Position numbers and translations under genes: made by a program. The notes below the pieces were generated by a model. That model searched no databases, was not told where the DNA came from, and saw only the letters and a list, made by a program, of their open reading frames with translations. From the NCBI GenBank assembly GCA_964244115.1, contig CAXTHM010000014.1:330-64329 (forward strand): a stretch of 64,000 nucleotides of DNA. The letters are read 5' to 3'. Positions 9,257 through 18,332 of the stretch are shown here, in pieces. Position 1 is the first letter of the stretch. Each line of letters begins with the position of its first letter. This stretch comes from an uncultured Thermomicrobiales bacterium (lineage in GTDB: Bacteria; Chloroflexota; Chloroflexia; Thermomicrobiales; UBA6265).

Positions 9257-10192
9257 TCAGCGCAGGCGGACGGCGATCGGGGCGAAGGCCTCCATGGACG
9301 GCCCGAAGACCGAGATGTAGCTGATCCCCCAGCGGTCCCGCCGGGCGAGCAGCGTCTCGACGATCTCGTCCTCCGTGCCGACGAGGATCAGGGGCGACTC
9401 GGCCAGGGTCTCGGCTGGCATCTCCCAGTCCCCGCTGAGCTTCCGGAGCACCTCCGCCGTCACCGCGGCGCTGTCGGTCACGGTCAGGTGCTGGAGGAGG
9501 ATGTTGATCGTGATCGCGTCGAACCGTTCCCCGGCGCCCTCACGGAGCCAGCCGATCTTGCGATCCATCGCCTCGGCCGACGAGTCCGCCGTGTCTAGCC
9601 CCGAGCCGTCCCGCCTGGCGATCGGCGTGATGCTGGCGATGTCGGCCTGCTGCCCGGCCAGGGTGAGCATCCTGCGCCCGCCGCCGCCCAGCAGGATCGG
9701 CGGGCAGGGCCGGCTGAGGACGTTCGCCTCGCCGCCCAGCTCGCTGACCCGGTAGTGCTCACCGGTGAAGGTGAACGGCTCACCGCCGAAGGCCCCGCGG
9801 ATCAGCGTGATCGCCTCGGCCAGCTTCGCGACCCGGACGCCGGCCGGCTCGAACGGGATGCCGGCCATCTCGTAGTCCTTGCCGAGCCAGCCCGCCCCGA
9901 GCCCGAGATCCAGCCGCCCATCGGAGAGCAGGTCCAGCGACGCCGCCTCGAGCGCGACGAAGGCCGGGTTGCGGAAGTCGTTGTCCAGCACGAACGTGCC
10001 GATCCGGAGCGACGGCGCCACCGTCGCCGCGACGGCCAGCATCGGTCCCCAGAGCAGGTGCCCGGTCGGGTGATCCGGCACGGTCACGGTGTCATACCCA
10101 AGCGCCTCGACCCGGAGGACCTCGTCGGTGAACGCGGCCCGATTCTCGGCCCGGCCCAGGTGAACGCTGAAGCGGAACGGCGTACTGGTCAT
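9257..10192 (-). CDS. LLM-class F420-dependent oxidoreductase (paralog of 7775..8716)
   Basis: MTSTPFRFSVHLGRAEN...LGYDTVTVPDHP...GLGAGWLGKDYEMAGIPFE...PPILLGGGGRRMLTLAGQQAD. Confidence 0.8.
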   Translation of the reverse strand: MTSTPFRFSVHLGRAENRAAFTDEVLRVEALGYDTVTVPDHPTGHLLWGPMLAVAATVAPSLRIGTFVLDNDFRNPAFVALEAASLDLLSDGRLDLGLGAGWLGKDYEMAGIPFEPAGVRVAKLAEAITLIRGAFGGEPFTFTGEHYRVSELGGEANVLSRPCPPILLGGGGRRMLTLAGQQADIASITPIARRDGSGLDTADSSAEAMDRKIGWLREGAGERFDAITINILLQHLTVTDSAAVTAEVLRKLSGDWEMPAETLAESPLILVGTEDEIVETLLARRDRWGISYISVFGPSMEAFAPIAVRLR

Positions 10193-10412
10193 CCTGATGG
10201 CTCCCGCTGATCGGTCGATTCAGTGGCCGACAGGATAACCGGGCAGCCCTGCGTCCCACGCTCGCCTCGCGCCAGCATCCCGACTGGCTCCCCGACATCG
10301 CCGCTCCGGTCGTCGCGCACGCAGACAGGCGACACCCATGCGGGGTGCCGCCCGTCTGCGTATCCCGGTGTCATCGGGCGATCGTCGGGCGTGGAGTGGG
10401 CCGGTGGCCGGA

Positions 10413-11936
10413 CTACCGGCCCGGCCGCCGGACCTGATGGGGCAGGGCGAAGACGAACAGGAAGGCGCCGACCGAGAGGGCGATGCTGACCGAGAGCGCC
10501 AGCTCGGCGCTGTGCAGGAAGGCCGGCGCCGGGCCGTCCGCCCCGACGCTGAGCGTCCCGAACAGGACGCTGCTGATGATCGCGACCCCGATCGCGGTCC
10601 CGATCCGCTGGGCGGTGGAGACCAGCCCACTGGCGGCGCCGGCCTGCCGCGGGTCGACCGTCGCGAGGATGAACGAGGTATTCGGGGCGATGAACAGGCC
10701 GTTCCCGGCCCCGGCCAACAGCAGCGGGATCGCCAGGAGCCACGGCTCCGGGTCCGGCGCCCGGTCCCAGAGCACGAACAGGGTCAGGCTGAGCCCGACC
10801 ACGACCATGAGCGTCCCGAGGCTGAGGACGTTGCGGCCCATCCGGGCGGCGAACTTGTCGCTGTTGGCGGCGGTGACGAGGCTGCCGAGCGCGAACGGCG
10901 TCACGATCAGGCCGGTCTCCAGGGCGCTGTAGCCCAGCCCGGTCTGGAGGAGGATCGAGAGGGTGAAGAAGATGCTGGTGAAGGCACCGAAATAGACGAG
11001 GGACAGGCCGGTCCCGGCGGCGAACGACGCCCGCCGGAGCAGGCTGACGGCGACGATCGGGACGTAGCCGCGCCCCTCGACCCGACGCTCCCAGACCAGC
11101 AGGGCGATGAGGAGCACGACCGCGCCGACCAGACTCAGCCAGGTCCAGAGCGGCCAGCCCTGACCCTGCCCCTCGACGAGCGGCACCAGCAGCGCCAGCA
11201 GGGCGGCGACGAGCAGGAGCAGCCCGATCGGGTCGAGCATGTCGACCAGCTTCCGGCGCTGCTCGGCCTCCCCCTGGATCTCCCGCCCCGGCAGCAGCCG
11301 CCAGGACAGCACGAGGGCGACGATGCCGATCGGGACATTGACGAGGAAGATCCAGCGCCAGCCGTCAGTCTCGCCGCCCAGCTGGATCAGGAAGCCGCCC
11401 AGCAGTGGGCCGATCGCCGAGGAGATCCCGATGACCGCTCCGAACAGCCCGAAGACCCTGGCGCGGACCGGCCCCTGGAACAGGACCTGGAAGAAGGCGA
11501 CGATCGCCGGGTTGAACAGCCCGGCGGAGAACCCCTGGAGGGCCCGGATCGCGATCAGCTCGGCCGGGTTCTGGACGAGCCCGGCGACGAGACTCGTCAG
11601 CGTGAAGAGCACGAGCCCGACGATGAACAGCCGCCGGTGGCCGTAGAGGTCGCCGAGGCGACCGGCCGGGATCAGCGTCAGGCCGAAGGCGAGCGTGTAG
11701 CCGGAGACGACCCAGGCCAGCGTCGTGTCGCTGGCGCCGATGCCGGTCCGGATGCTGGGCAGGGCGACGTTGACGATCGTGACGTCGAGCAGCGCCATGA
11801 AGGCGCCGATCAGCAGCGGCACGACCATCCGCCAGGCATCGGGATGCATGACCCCGGACGAGTCCGGGGTCGGTGAACCGGCCGAAGGCGCCGGTGCGCC
11901 GGGCTGGGTGGGACGCGTCGTGGGATTTCCGGTCAT
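10413..11936 (-). CDS. MFS transporter, DHA2 (EmrB/QacA-like, 14-TMS) drug:H+ antiporter
   Basis: LLIGAFMALLDVTIVNVALPSI, LAWVVSGYTLAFGLTLIPAGRLGDLYGHRR, and about 14 hydrophobic spans. Start set at the ATG 11936 (MTGNPTT...), which overlaps the upstream gene stop as ATGA. Confidence 0.8.
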   Translation of the reverse strand: MTGNPTTRPTQPGAPAPSAGSPTPDSSGVMHPDAWRMVVPLLIGAFMALLDVTIVNVALPSIRTGIGASDTTLAWVVSGYTLAFGLTLIPAGRLGDLYGHRRLFIVGLVLFTLTSLVAGLVQNPAELIAIRALQGFSAGLFNPAIVAFFQVLFQGPVRARVFGLFGAVIGISSAIGPLLGGFLIQLGGETDGWRWIFLVNVPIGIVALVLSWRLLPGREIQGEAEQRRKLVDMLDPIGLLLLVAALLALLVPLVEGQGQGWPLWTWLSLVGAVVLLIALLVWERRVEGRGYVPIVAVSLLRRASFAAGTGLSLVYFGAFTSIFFTLSILLQTGLGYSALETGLIVTPFALGSLVTAANSDKFAARMGRNVLSLGTLMVVVGLSLTLFVLWDRAPDPEPWLLAIPLLLAGAGNGLFIAPNTSFILATVDPRQAGAASGLVSTAQRIGTAIGVAIISSVLFGTLSVGADGPAPAFLHSAELALSVSIALSVGAFLFVFALPHQVRRPGR

Positions 11937-12469
11937 GAGGGGTCTTCCTTGGGCTGCTCGCCCGGCCGGGTCCCGTGGGACTCGCCGGAGATATCGCGGA
12001 CGCGGTCGATGACGGATTCGTGCCAGGCGAGGTCGGCGTCGAGCCGCATCAGGACATGGCGGATGACGTCGGCCTCGGCGGTGCTGAGCCATGGCGAGAA
12101 GATGCCGAGGACGTGCTGGAGACTGTCACGCCGGACTCGCAACTCCCCGATCCGGTTCCGGAGCAGGGTCGCGAGCTGGGCGGCCTCGATCGGGCCGGAG
12201 TGGGCCAGGGCGCGGTCGAACGGGCCGACGTGATGGACGGCGGACGGGAGCATATCCTGTAGGACGACCCGCGGGGAGCGTTTGCCCTCCTCTATGACCG
12301 CGTAGTTCACCCACTCCGGGGTAAGACCCTCCCGTTGGGCACGGAAGGCCTGGATCAGGCCCGCTCGCTGGAGTCGACTCAGCTCGCCGTAGCGTGCGCC
12401 CACGGCGCCATCGGACCAGCGTTGCGTCCGGTCCTCGTGGGCCTTTCGGTGAACCTGCTGGCCGTTCAC
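11933..12469 (-). CDS. putative PadR-like transcriptional regulator (N-terminally short)
   Basis: ...WSDGAVGARYGELSRLQRAGLIQAF....YAVIEEGKR resembles the PadR wing/recognition region, followed by a long helical C-terminal domain. GTG start with a stop 4 codons upstream. Translationally coupled (ATGA) to the DHA2 exporter. Confidence 0.4.
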   Translation of the reverse strand: MNGQQVHRKAHEDRTQRWSDGAVGARYGELSRLQRAGLIQAFRAQREGLTPEWVNYAVIEEGKRSPRVVLQDMLPSAVHHVGPFDRALAHSGPIEAAQLATLLRNRIGELRVRRDSLQHVLGIFSPWLSTAEADVIRHVLMRLDADLAWHESVIDRVRDISGESHGTRPGEQPKEDPS

Positions 12470-12651
12470 GGGCCGTCGTCTTCAATCGATGCGGCGAGCA
12501 CGAAGCGTCTGCCGCTGTTCACGGGACGACTCTCGCAGGAGTACGCTCGCCTATCCGGCGGAGATGTCCCCTGTGTCGGTTCAGGCCAAGCCCAGGCCTC
12601 ACGGAAGCAAGCAGGTCGAACCCGGCTGGCGCCAGATTAGGAACGCACGGA

Positions 12652-13194
12652 TCAGACCGGGACGAGTGGCTGATGCGGTCCGGCAGGGAGCGAGACGGTG
12701 ATCCGGTCGCCGGGGCGGATCTCGCCGCCGGCGACGACGACGCCCATCACGCCGGCCTTGCGGATGAGATTCCCCTCGGCGTCCCGGCCCAGCGTCGCGG
12801 CCATCAACCCGTTGCGCAGGCCGTCGAGCTGGCCGCAGGGGTTGCGCAGCCCGGTGATCTCGAGGGTGGCCTCGTCCCCGAGCCGCAGCAGCGTCCCGAC
12901 CGGCAGCCCGAGCAGGTCGACCCCGCGGGTCGTGACGTTCTCGCCCATCTCGCCCGGCGCGAGCGTGAAGCCCTGCTCCCGGAGCTCGTCGTGCAACTCG
13001 GCGTGGATGAGGTGGACCTGCCGCAGGTTGGGCTGGCTCGGGTCCCGCGCCACCCGGGAACGGTGTTTGACCGTTTCCCCGGCATGGGCATCGCCATCGA
13101 CCCCGAGTCCGACCAGCAGCCGGATCGACTCTGCGGCGGGCTTGGACATCGTGTGCGCCGGACTGACACTGACCGCTTCGACCCTTGCTGTCAT
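12652..13194 (-). CDS. MOSC domain-containing protein (YiiM-like)
   Basis: VGLGVDGDAHAGE...QVHLIHAELHDEL...GEMGENVTTRGVDLLGLPVGTLLRLG...GLRNPCGQL...GVMGVVVAGGEIRPGDRI. Confidence 0.75.
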   Translation of the reverse strand: MTARVEAVSVSPAHTMSKPAAESIRLLVGLGVDGDAHAGETVKHRSRVARDPSQPNLRQVHLIHAELHDELREQGFTLAPGEMGENVTTRGVDLLGLPVGTLLRLGDEATLEITGLRNPCGQLDGLRNGLMAATLGRDAEGNLIRKAGVMGVVVAGGEIRPGDRITVSLPAGPHQPLVPV

Positions 13195-13298
13195 CGAACG
13201 ACGTCTCCTTCAAATCAGAACGTATCGTTGAGGTTGCCCCAGCAAGAGGCAGACACTACTATCGCGCCATTGAGACCCTATCACCGTGGGGGTGAACC

Positions 13299-13583
13299 AT
13301 GACGGCATCGGCAGAGACGGTCGCGACGACGAACGAGGACGGAACAATAACCATCTCGGCCGACCTGCTCGATGAACTCGGCATCCACGCCGGCGATCGG
13401 GTGGCCGTAGTGCGGGATGGCGACACGATCCGACTGCGCCGGCCAGGGAGCGTCGCGTTACGGACCGCCGGAATTTTTCGCGATGCGGTCCCCAATCCTC
13501 CCCTCACGATCGCCGAGGAGCGGGAGTCGTTCGAACTCGCTGTTGCCGAAGAGGTGTCGGAAACGCCTCAGAATCAATGGTGA
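13299..13583 (+). CDS. AbrB/SpoVT-fold antitoxin (VapB-like)
   Basis: GTITISADLLDELGIHAGDRVAVVRDGDTIRLRRP swapped-hairpin motif. Overlaps the downstream PIN gene by 7 nt. Confidence 0.7.
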   Translation: MTASAETVATTNEDGTITISADLLDELGIHAGDRVAVVRDGDTIRLRRPGSVALRTAGIFRDAVPNPPLTIAEERESFELAVAEEVSETPQNQW

Positions 13584-13987
13584 TTCCTTTTCTGGACACG
13601 AACGTCATCCTCCGACATATTCTCCACGATCATTCAGACCACTCCCCAAGAGCCACTGCGCTAATCCTGGCCCTTGATCTCGGCGACACGTCGGTTCACA
13701 TCTCGGCGACGGTCGTCTTCGAAGTCGTGTTCACGCTCGAGAAGCGCTATCGTCGTTCCCGCGAAGAGATCACGGACGCGGTTCTGCCCATCATCGAATT
13801 CCCAGCGATCCTCATCTCCGACAAGGAAATGTACAGGGAGGTCTTCGAACGCTGGCTCGCCGAGCCCTCTATCTCCTTCGCCGACTCGTGCCATCTCTCG
13901 CAGGCGAAACAACTCGGATTGACCGAGATCATCTCGTTCGACCGCAAGATCGAGAAGGACCCGGCGATCCGGCGGATAGAACCGTGA
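13577..13987 (+). CDS. PIN-domain toxin (VapC-like ribonuclease)
   Basis: FLDTNVILRH (Asp), VVFEVVF (Glu), ISFADSCH (Asp), IISFDRK (Asp). 136 aa. Confidence 0.8.
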   Translation: MVIPFLDTNVILRHILHDHSDHSPRATALILALDLGDTSVHISATVVFEVVFTLEKRYRRSREEITDAVLPIIEFPAILISDKEMYREVFERWLAEPSISFADSCHLSQAKQLGLTEIISFDRKIEKDPAIRRIEP

Positions 13988-14292
13988 TGGGATCGAGAAA
14001 GACGAGGACGGGGGCTATGCAGACACTGGCTGTTGGTGACGAGGGAGACATCGTCATCCCGGAATCGTTGCTGGCCGCACTTGGTCTGGACGACAGTTCG
14101 CTCGTGTCTATCGAGGCCGTCGGGAATACCCTCGTGCTCAAACAGGCCAGGCTCGATTGCGAAGAAATCGTCGCGATCTACCAGGATCTGACGAAGCAGC
14201 GCCCATTGACTCCCCATCAGGAGCGCGAAGCGTTTGGCAATGGCATCGCGGCTGACTACGCGCGGGAGCAGGCCGAGGGTCGATACGGCTGA
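13987..14292 (+). CDS. second AbrB/SpoVT-like antitoxin-type protein (no cognate toxin downstream)
   Basis: GDIVIPESLLAALGLDDSSLVSIEAVGNTLVLKQA, then PLTPHQEREAFGNGIAADY, which parallels PLTIAEERESFELAVAEEV of 13299..13583. ATG 13987 overlaps the PIN stop (TGATG). An alternative start is MQTLAV. Confidence 0.6.
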   Translation: MGSRKTRTGAMQTLAVGDEGDIVIPESLLAALGLDDSSLVSIEAVGNTLVLKQARLDCEEIVAIYQDLTKQRPLTPHQEREAFGNGIAADYAREQAEGRYG

Positions 14293-14326
14293 TCGTCCGA
14301 GCGATAACCCCGGGGGCGTCCAGAGT

Positions 14327-15196
14327 TCACGCCAGCGCCAGATCGACCCGGCTCATGACTGTGACGCCGTCGCCGACCGCGATGTTGCCGGTGCCATCGA
14401 AGGTCATGTTCTGGCCGAACATCACGCCCCGCGGGAACTTGCGGTAGCCGGCGAAGGTCCGGAGCGGCTCCTTGCCGGTCTCGGCGGTCTGCTGGTCGGT
14501 CGTCGTGATCGCGCAGCGGGCGCAGAGCTTGACCCCGTGCAGGGTCATCCCGCCCTCCGCGCCGTCCCCGCCGATGCGGACGTCGCCCCAGGTGTCCTCC
14601 TCGTTCGGGTCGCCGCCCGCGACGACGATGTTCGGCCGGAAGCGGTCCATCGGCAGCGTCGCCTCGCCCCCCTCCGCCAGCCGCCGGTTCAGCTCGACCA
14701 GCGACTCCTCGGAGACGAGGAGGATCGGGTAACCGTCGGAGAAGCCGGTCTGGTCCTCCGGCCGGGCGTAGGTCTGGTCGACCTGCCGGACGTGATCCTC
14801 GGCCATCCGCGCCAGCCGGACCGGCCGCCCCATGAATGCCGACAGCCAGCCGGCGATCTCCTCGCCCTGATCGACCCCGCCGGCCTCGTCCTTCCAGATC
14901 TCGACCGCGATCCGCCGGCCCTCGACCTGGCGCGTGAACGCGATCGGCTCCATCCCCGGCGCCGAGACCCGGAGGCCGCCCGCGACGAGCTCAGGGACGA
15001 TCAGCGCCATCCGCGGGACCTGCCGCTGGGTGAGGAACTTCCCACCGGCATCGACGACGACGAACTCGCGATCGTGCAGCACCCCGCGGGCGTCGAAATC
15101 GGCGACCGCCAGCGCCTGCCCGCGGCAGGACTTGATCGGGTAGCGGAACAGCCCGGTCACCCTCACCGACCCGGCCGACCGATTGATCTCATTCAT
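14327..15196 (-). CDS. MOSC domain protein with N-terminal beta-barrel (YcbX-like)
   Basis: LFRYPIKSCRGQAL (MOSC_N), HDREFVVVD, FSDGYPILLVSEESL, RFRPNIVV, and LCARCAITTTDQ (conserved Cys). Confidence 0.8.
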   Translation of the reverse strand: MNEINRSAGSVRVTGLFRYPIKSCRGQALAVADFDARGVLHDREFVVVDAGGKFLTQRQVPRMALIVPELVAGGLRVSAPGMEPIAFTRQVEGRRIAVEIWKDEAGGVDQGEEIAGWLSAFMGRPVRLARMAEDHVRQVDQTYARPEDQTGFSDGYPILLVSEESLVELNRRLAEGGEATLPMDRFRPNIVVAGGDPNEEDTWGDVRIGGDGAEGGMTLHGVKLCARCAITTTDQQTAETGKEPLRTFAGYRKFPRGVMFGQNMTFDGTGNIAVGDGVTVMSRVDLALA

Positions 15197-15457
15197 CTCG
15201 CACCTCGTCCGTGCCAGTCAGCACACGGCGTATCATGCCGGTCGGCCGGCGTCACGGGCGTCTCCCGGTCATTCGTCCTGGCAGTATAGAGGTCCGCCAT
15301 CCGATCGCGGCGACGTCGTTCCGGGCAACGCAGGGACTCGTCCTCCGTGCCCGCCGGTCACGGCATCGGGTAGACTGCGCGTACGGACAGCCACGGCGCT
15401 GATTCCGGGCGCGCATCCCGGCGCAAGCTGCGTCCTCACGCAGACGGCAGGTTCCTG

Positions 15458-15979
15458 ATGGCGGATCATGTTGACCTCTTCGACCCCACCCTCCGGCGGC
15501 GCGTCCTCCGCGTCCTCGAGCGCGACGCACGGCGCTCGGCCGCACAGATCGCAGAGGCCGTCGGGGCAGACGAGGCAACGGTCGCAGCCATCATCGCGGA
15601 CGCCGAGCGGCAGGGCGCGATCCGGCGCTACAAGGCGATCGTGAGCTGGGACCAGGTCGGCGACAACGGCCAGGTCGTGGCGTTCATCGACGTCTCGGTC
15701 CAGCCAGAGCGCGACACCGGGTTCGACCACGTCGCCTCCCGCATCGCCCGCTTCCCCGAAGTCCGAAGCGTCCACCTCGTCTCCGGCGCGAACGATCTCC
15801 GGGTCGTGATCGAAGGGCCCAGCCTCCAGGCCGTGGCCGCCTTCGTCGCCCACAAGCTCTCCCCGCTGGACGGGGTGACGGCAACCGAGACCCACTTCCT
15901 GCTCAAGGCATACAAGGAAGATGGCGAATCGCTGACCGACGAGAAGACGCAGGACAACCGGCTGGCGGTCGCGCCGTAG
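15458..15979 (+). CDS. Lrp/AsnC family transcriptional regulator
   Basis: RRVLRVLERDARRSAAQIAEAVGADEATVAAIIADAERQGAIRRY HTH, plus a C-terminal AsnC-type ligand domain (VVAFIDVSVQPE...VRSVHLVSGANDLRVVIE). Confidence 0.8.
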   Translation: MADHVDLFDPTLRRRVLRVLERDARRSAAQIAEAVGADEATVAAIIADAERQGAIRRYKAIVSWDQVGDNGQVVAFIDVSVQPERDTGFDHVASRIARFPEVRSVHLVSGANDLRVVIEGPSLQAVAAFVAHKLSPLDGVTATETHFLLKAYKEDGESLTDEKTQDNRLAVAP

Positions 15980-15998
15980 CGCCGCGGGAGAACCCACG

Positions 15999-17279
15999 AT
16001 GACAACCCAGACCATGACCCCGGGGGGCGATCAGCCCCGCCGTTCCCCCAGCAATGCCCTCCGGATCGCGCGCGGCGTCTCCGCCGTGCCGCCCTCCGGC
16101 ATCCGCCGCCTGTTCGATATCGTCACCGAGATGGACGACGTCATCTCCCTCGGCGTCGGCGAGCCCGACTTCCCGACCCCGTGGCGGGTCCGCGAGGCGG
16201 CGATCCACGGGCTCGAGAACCGGCGCGTCACCTACACCGGCAACGCCGGCCTGCTCGAACTGCGCGAGATGATCGCCCAGTATCTGGAGGGCCGCTTCGG
16301 CGTCGGCTACCGGCCCAAGGACCAGATCCTCGTCACGGTCGGGGTCAGCGAGGCGCTCGACCTCGCCCTCCGGGCGATCCTCGAACCCGGCGACGAGGTG
16401 ATCGTCGTCGAGCCGAGCTACGTCTCGTACAAGCCGTGCGTGCTGTTCGCCGGCGGCGTCCCGGTGCCGCTGGCGACGCGGGCCGAGGATGGCTTCGTCC
16501 CGCAGCCCGACGAGCTGGAGGCGAAGATCACCCCCCGTACCCGGGCGATCATGATCAACTCGCCCAATAACCCGACCGGCGCCGCCTACAGCCGCGAGGC
16601 GCAGCAGGCGATCGCCGAGGTCGTCGAGCGCCACGACCTGCTCGTGATCAGCGATGAGGTCTATGAGCGGCTCTGCTACGACGAGCGGCACGTCTCGTTC
16701 GCGTCGATCCCCGGGATGGCCGAGCGGACGTTGCTGCTGAACGGTTTCAGCAAGGCTTACGCGATGACCGGCTGGCGCCTCGGGTACGCCTGCGGACCGG
16801 AGCCGCTGATCTCGGCCATGAACAAGATCCACCAGTACACCGCCCTCTGCGCCAGCCGGACGGCGCAGGAAGCGGGGATCGAGGCGCTCCGCCACGCCGA
16901 TGCCGACGTCGAGGTGATGGTCGACGACTACGACGCCCGCCGCCGGATGGTGGTGGCCGGTCTGAACCGGATCGGCCTGCCCTGCCACCTGCCGGAGGGG
17001 GCCTTCTACGTCTTCCCGTCGATCCGGACGACCGGGCTCAGCTCGGCCGACTTCACCGAGCAGCTCCTGATGGAGGGCCGGGTCGCGGTCGTCCCGGGCG
17101 AGGCCTTCGGCGAGAGCGGCGCCGGCCATGTCCGGATCTCCTACGCCTACGCCGTCCCGCAGATCGAGGAGGCGCTGGGCCGGATCGCCGGGTTCGTCGC
17201 CACCCTGCCAGACTTCGTCCCGGAGTCGGCCCCTATCCGGCCCCGACCGGTGGTGGCGCAGGTTCCGGTCAAGGTCTAG
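15999..17279 (+). CDS. class I/II pyridoxal-phosphate-dependent aminotransferase (AspC/AlaT-like)
   Basis: NSPNNPTG, SDEVYERL, and FSKAYAMTGWRLGY (PLP-lysine motif). About 30-aa C-terminal tail. Confidence 0.85.
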   Translation: MTTQTMTPGGDQPRRSPSNALRIARGVSAVPPSGIRRLFDIVTEMDDVISLGVGEPDFPTPWRVREAAIHGLENRRVTYTGNAGLLELREMIAQYLEGRFGVGYRPKDQILVTVGVSEALDLALRAILEPGDEVIVVEPSYVSYKPCVLFAGGVPVPLATRAEDGFVPQPDELEAKITPRTRAIMINSPNNPTGAAYSREAQQAIAEVVERHDLLVISDEVYERLCYDERHVSFASIPGMAERTLLLNGFSKAYAMTGWRLGYACGPEPLISAMNKIHQYTALCASRTAQEAGIEALRHADADVEVMVDDYDARRRMVVAGLNRIGLPCHLPEGAFYVFPSIRTTGLSSADFTEQLLMEGRVAVVPGEAFGESGAGHVRISYAYAVPQIEEALGRIAGFVATLPDFVPESAPIRPRPVVAQVPVKV

Positions 17280-17312
17280 CGACGGCTGCCATCGAAGCAT
17301 CCGGGCCGCCGA

Positions 17313-17390
17313 GCAGACCCTTCCCCCAGCGCAGCGAGACCCCTCCCCGGCTCGTTTCGCGCTGCGGCGCTCACGCCCGGAGAGGGGCTT
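17313..17390 (-). repeat. family-D repeat (reverse complement of 1165-1242)
   Basis: GCAGACCCTTCCCCCAGCGCAGCGAGACCCCTCCCCGGCTCGTTTCGCGCTGCGGCGCTCACGCCCGGAGAGGGGCTT. Confidence 0.75.
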
Positions 17391-17436
17391 CTTGCTGGTC
17401 GGCTTCGCCTTGCTGACGATGGTCGTGGCGTCGTTT

Positions 17437-17516
17437 CGTAGGGGCGACGCTTGCGAGCCCGGCGCCCGCAGGCGCCATCGCCCCGCAGGGCGATAACCGG
17501 CGTAACGGGTTCGATC
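17437..17516 (-). repeat. family-A repeat
   Basis: CGTAGGGGCGACGCTTGCGAGCCCGGCGCCCGCAGGCGCCATCGCCCCGCAGGGCGATAACCGG..GGGTTCGATC. Confidence 0.8.
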
Positions 17517-17566
17517 ATGCCTTGGGTTTCACGCCAGGTCGCCAACGCAGCGTTCACATGCAACGC

Positions 17567-17643
17567 GGTTGAACCCGGAACACCGTGTCGCCTGGCGGCG
17601 AAGGCCGCAGCGGCGGCCAGGCTTGCAAGCTGCGCCCCTACGA
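17567..17643 (+). repeat. family-A repeat, divergent variant
   Basis: GGTTGAACCCGGAACACCGTGTCGCCTGGCGGCGAAGGCCGCAGCGGCGGCCAGGCTTGCAAGCTGCGCCCCTACGA. Confidence 0.65.
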
Positions 17644-17700
17644 CGCCGCTGCGGCGGGACAGGGATCGGACGTGAGTCCTGGGCGACGAGCCCTGGGTGC

Positions 17701-18153
17701 CTACCGCCAGGGTTCGTCGCCCGGGACCTGCGGGCCGCCGAACGCGCCCTGCTCCCGCATGTCGATCTCGGCCAGTTCGACCATGATCGTCAGGAAGCCG
17801 TCGGTGGTGACGTCGGCGTTGTGGAACCGGAAGCGGCCAACCTCGTAGTGGAGCTGCTGGCCGGGCTCGAAGACCTCGCCGCGCAGCCCGAGCTGGCTGA
17901 GCCGGACCAGGCGCGGGTCGTCCGCCGGCAGCGCGTCGATCGTGTCGGCGAGTTCGTCCAGGCCGTCGGCGGTGCGGACGTTGCGCAGGTCGCGGTCATA
18001 CTCCCGGGCCCGCTGACGCCGCCAGTCCGCGATGTCGCGGAGGTACGCCCGCAGCGCCAGCCGGACATCCCGCGCCGCCTCCCGCTGTCGCTCCGCATCC
18101 GCGAATCGGTCGTTGCCCTGCACGCGTCTCCCCCGTTTCCGCTCCCGCACCAT
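17701..18153 (-). CDS. hypothetical protein
   Basis: 150-aa ORF with good GC3 bias and no recognisable motif (…LRAYLRDIADWRRQRAREYDRDL…FHNADVTTDGFLTIMVELAEIDM…). Confidence 0.5.
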   Translation of the reverse strand: MVRERKRGRRVQGNDRFADAERQREAARDVRLALRAYLRDIADWRRQRAREYDRDLRNVRTADGLDELADTIDALPADDPRLVRLSQLGLRGEVFEPGQQLHYEVGRFRFHNADVTTDGFLTIMVELAEIDMREQGAFGGPQVPGDEPWR

Positions 18154-18332
18154 ACACAGGCCACGGCTCTCGGCCAGGGCAGTCCTACGGGACGCTATGC
18201 GAGAACCGTTCCGCCCGGACGTTTCGGCGCGGTATCACCCATCCGTCTCGATCGGCGTAAGCATCCCCGACCGGCACCGACCCGTGACGAAAATGCGACA
18301 CCTGCTCCCTACACTCCGGTGGGAAAGGGGAT

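Noticed and set aside
10338-11876. 512-aa + strand ORF
   Set aside because: It is antisense to the DHA2 MFS transporter. The highly charged D/E/R/P-rich product is implausible compared with the clean 14-TMS protein on the other strand.
17500-17520. tRNA-like T-arm strings (GGGTTCGATC here; GGGTTCAACC at 41026-41035 and 49721-49730)
   Set aside because: They are the outer arm of the family-A repeat. No acceptor, anticodon or D-arm structure surrounds them, and the flanks are repeat sequence.
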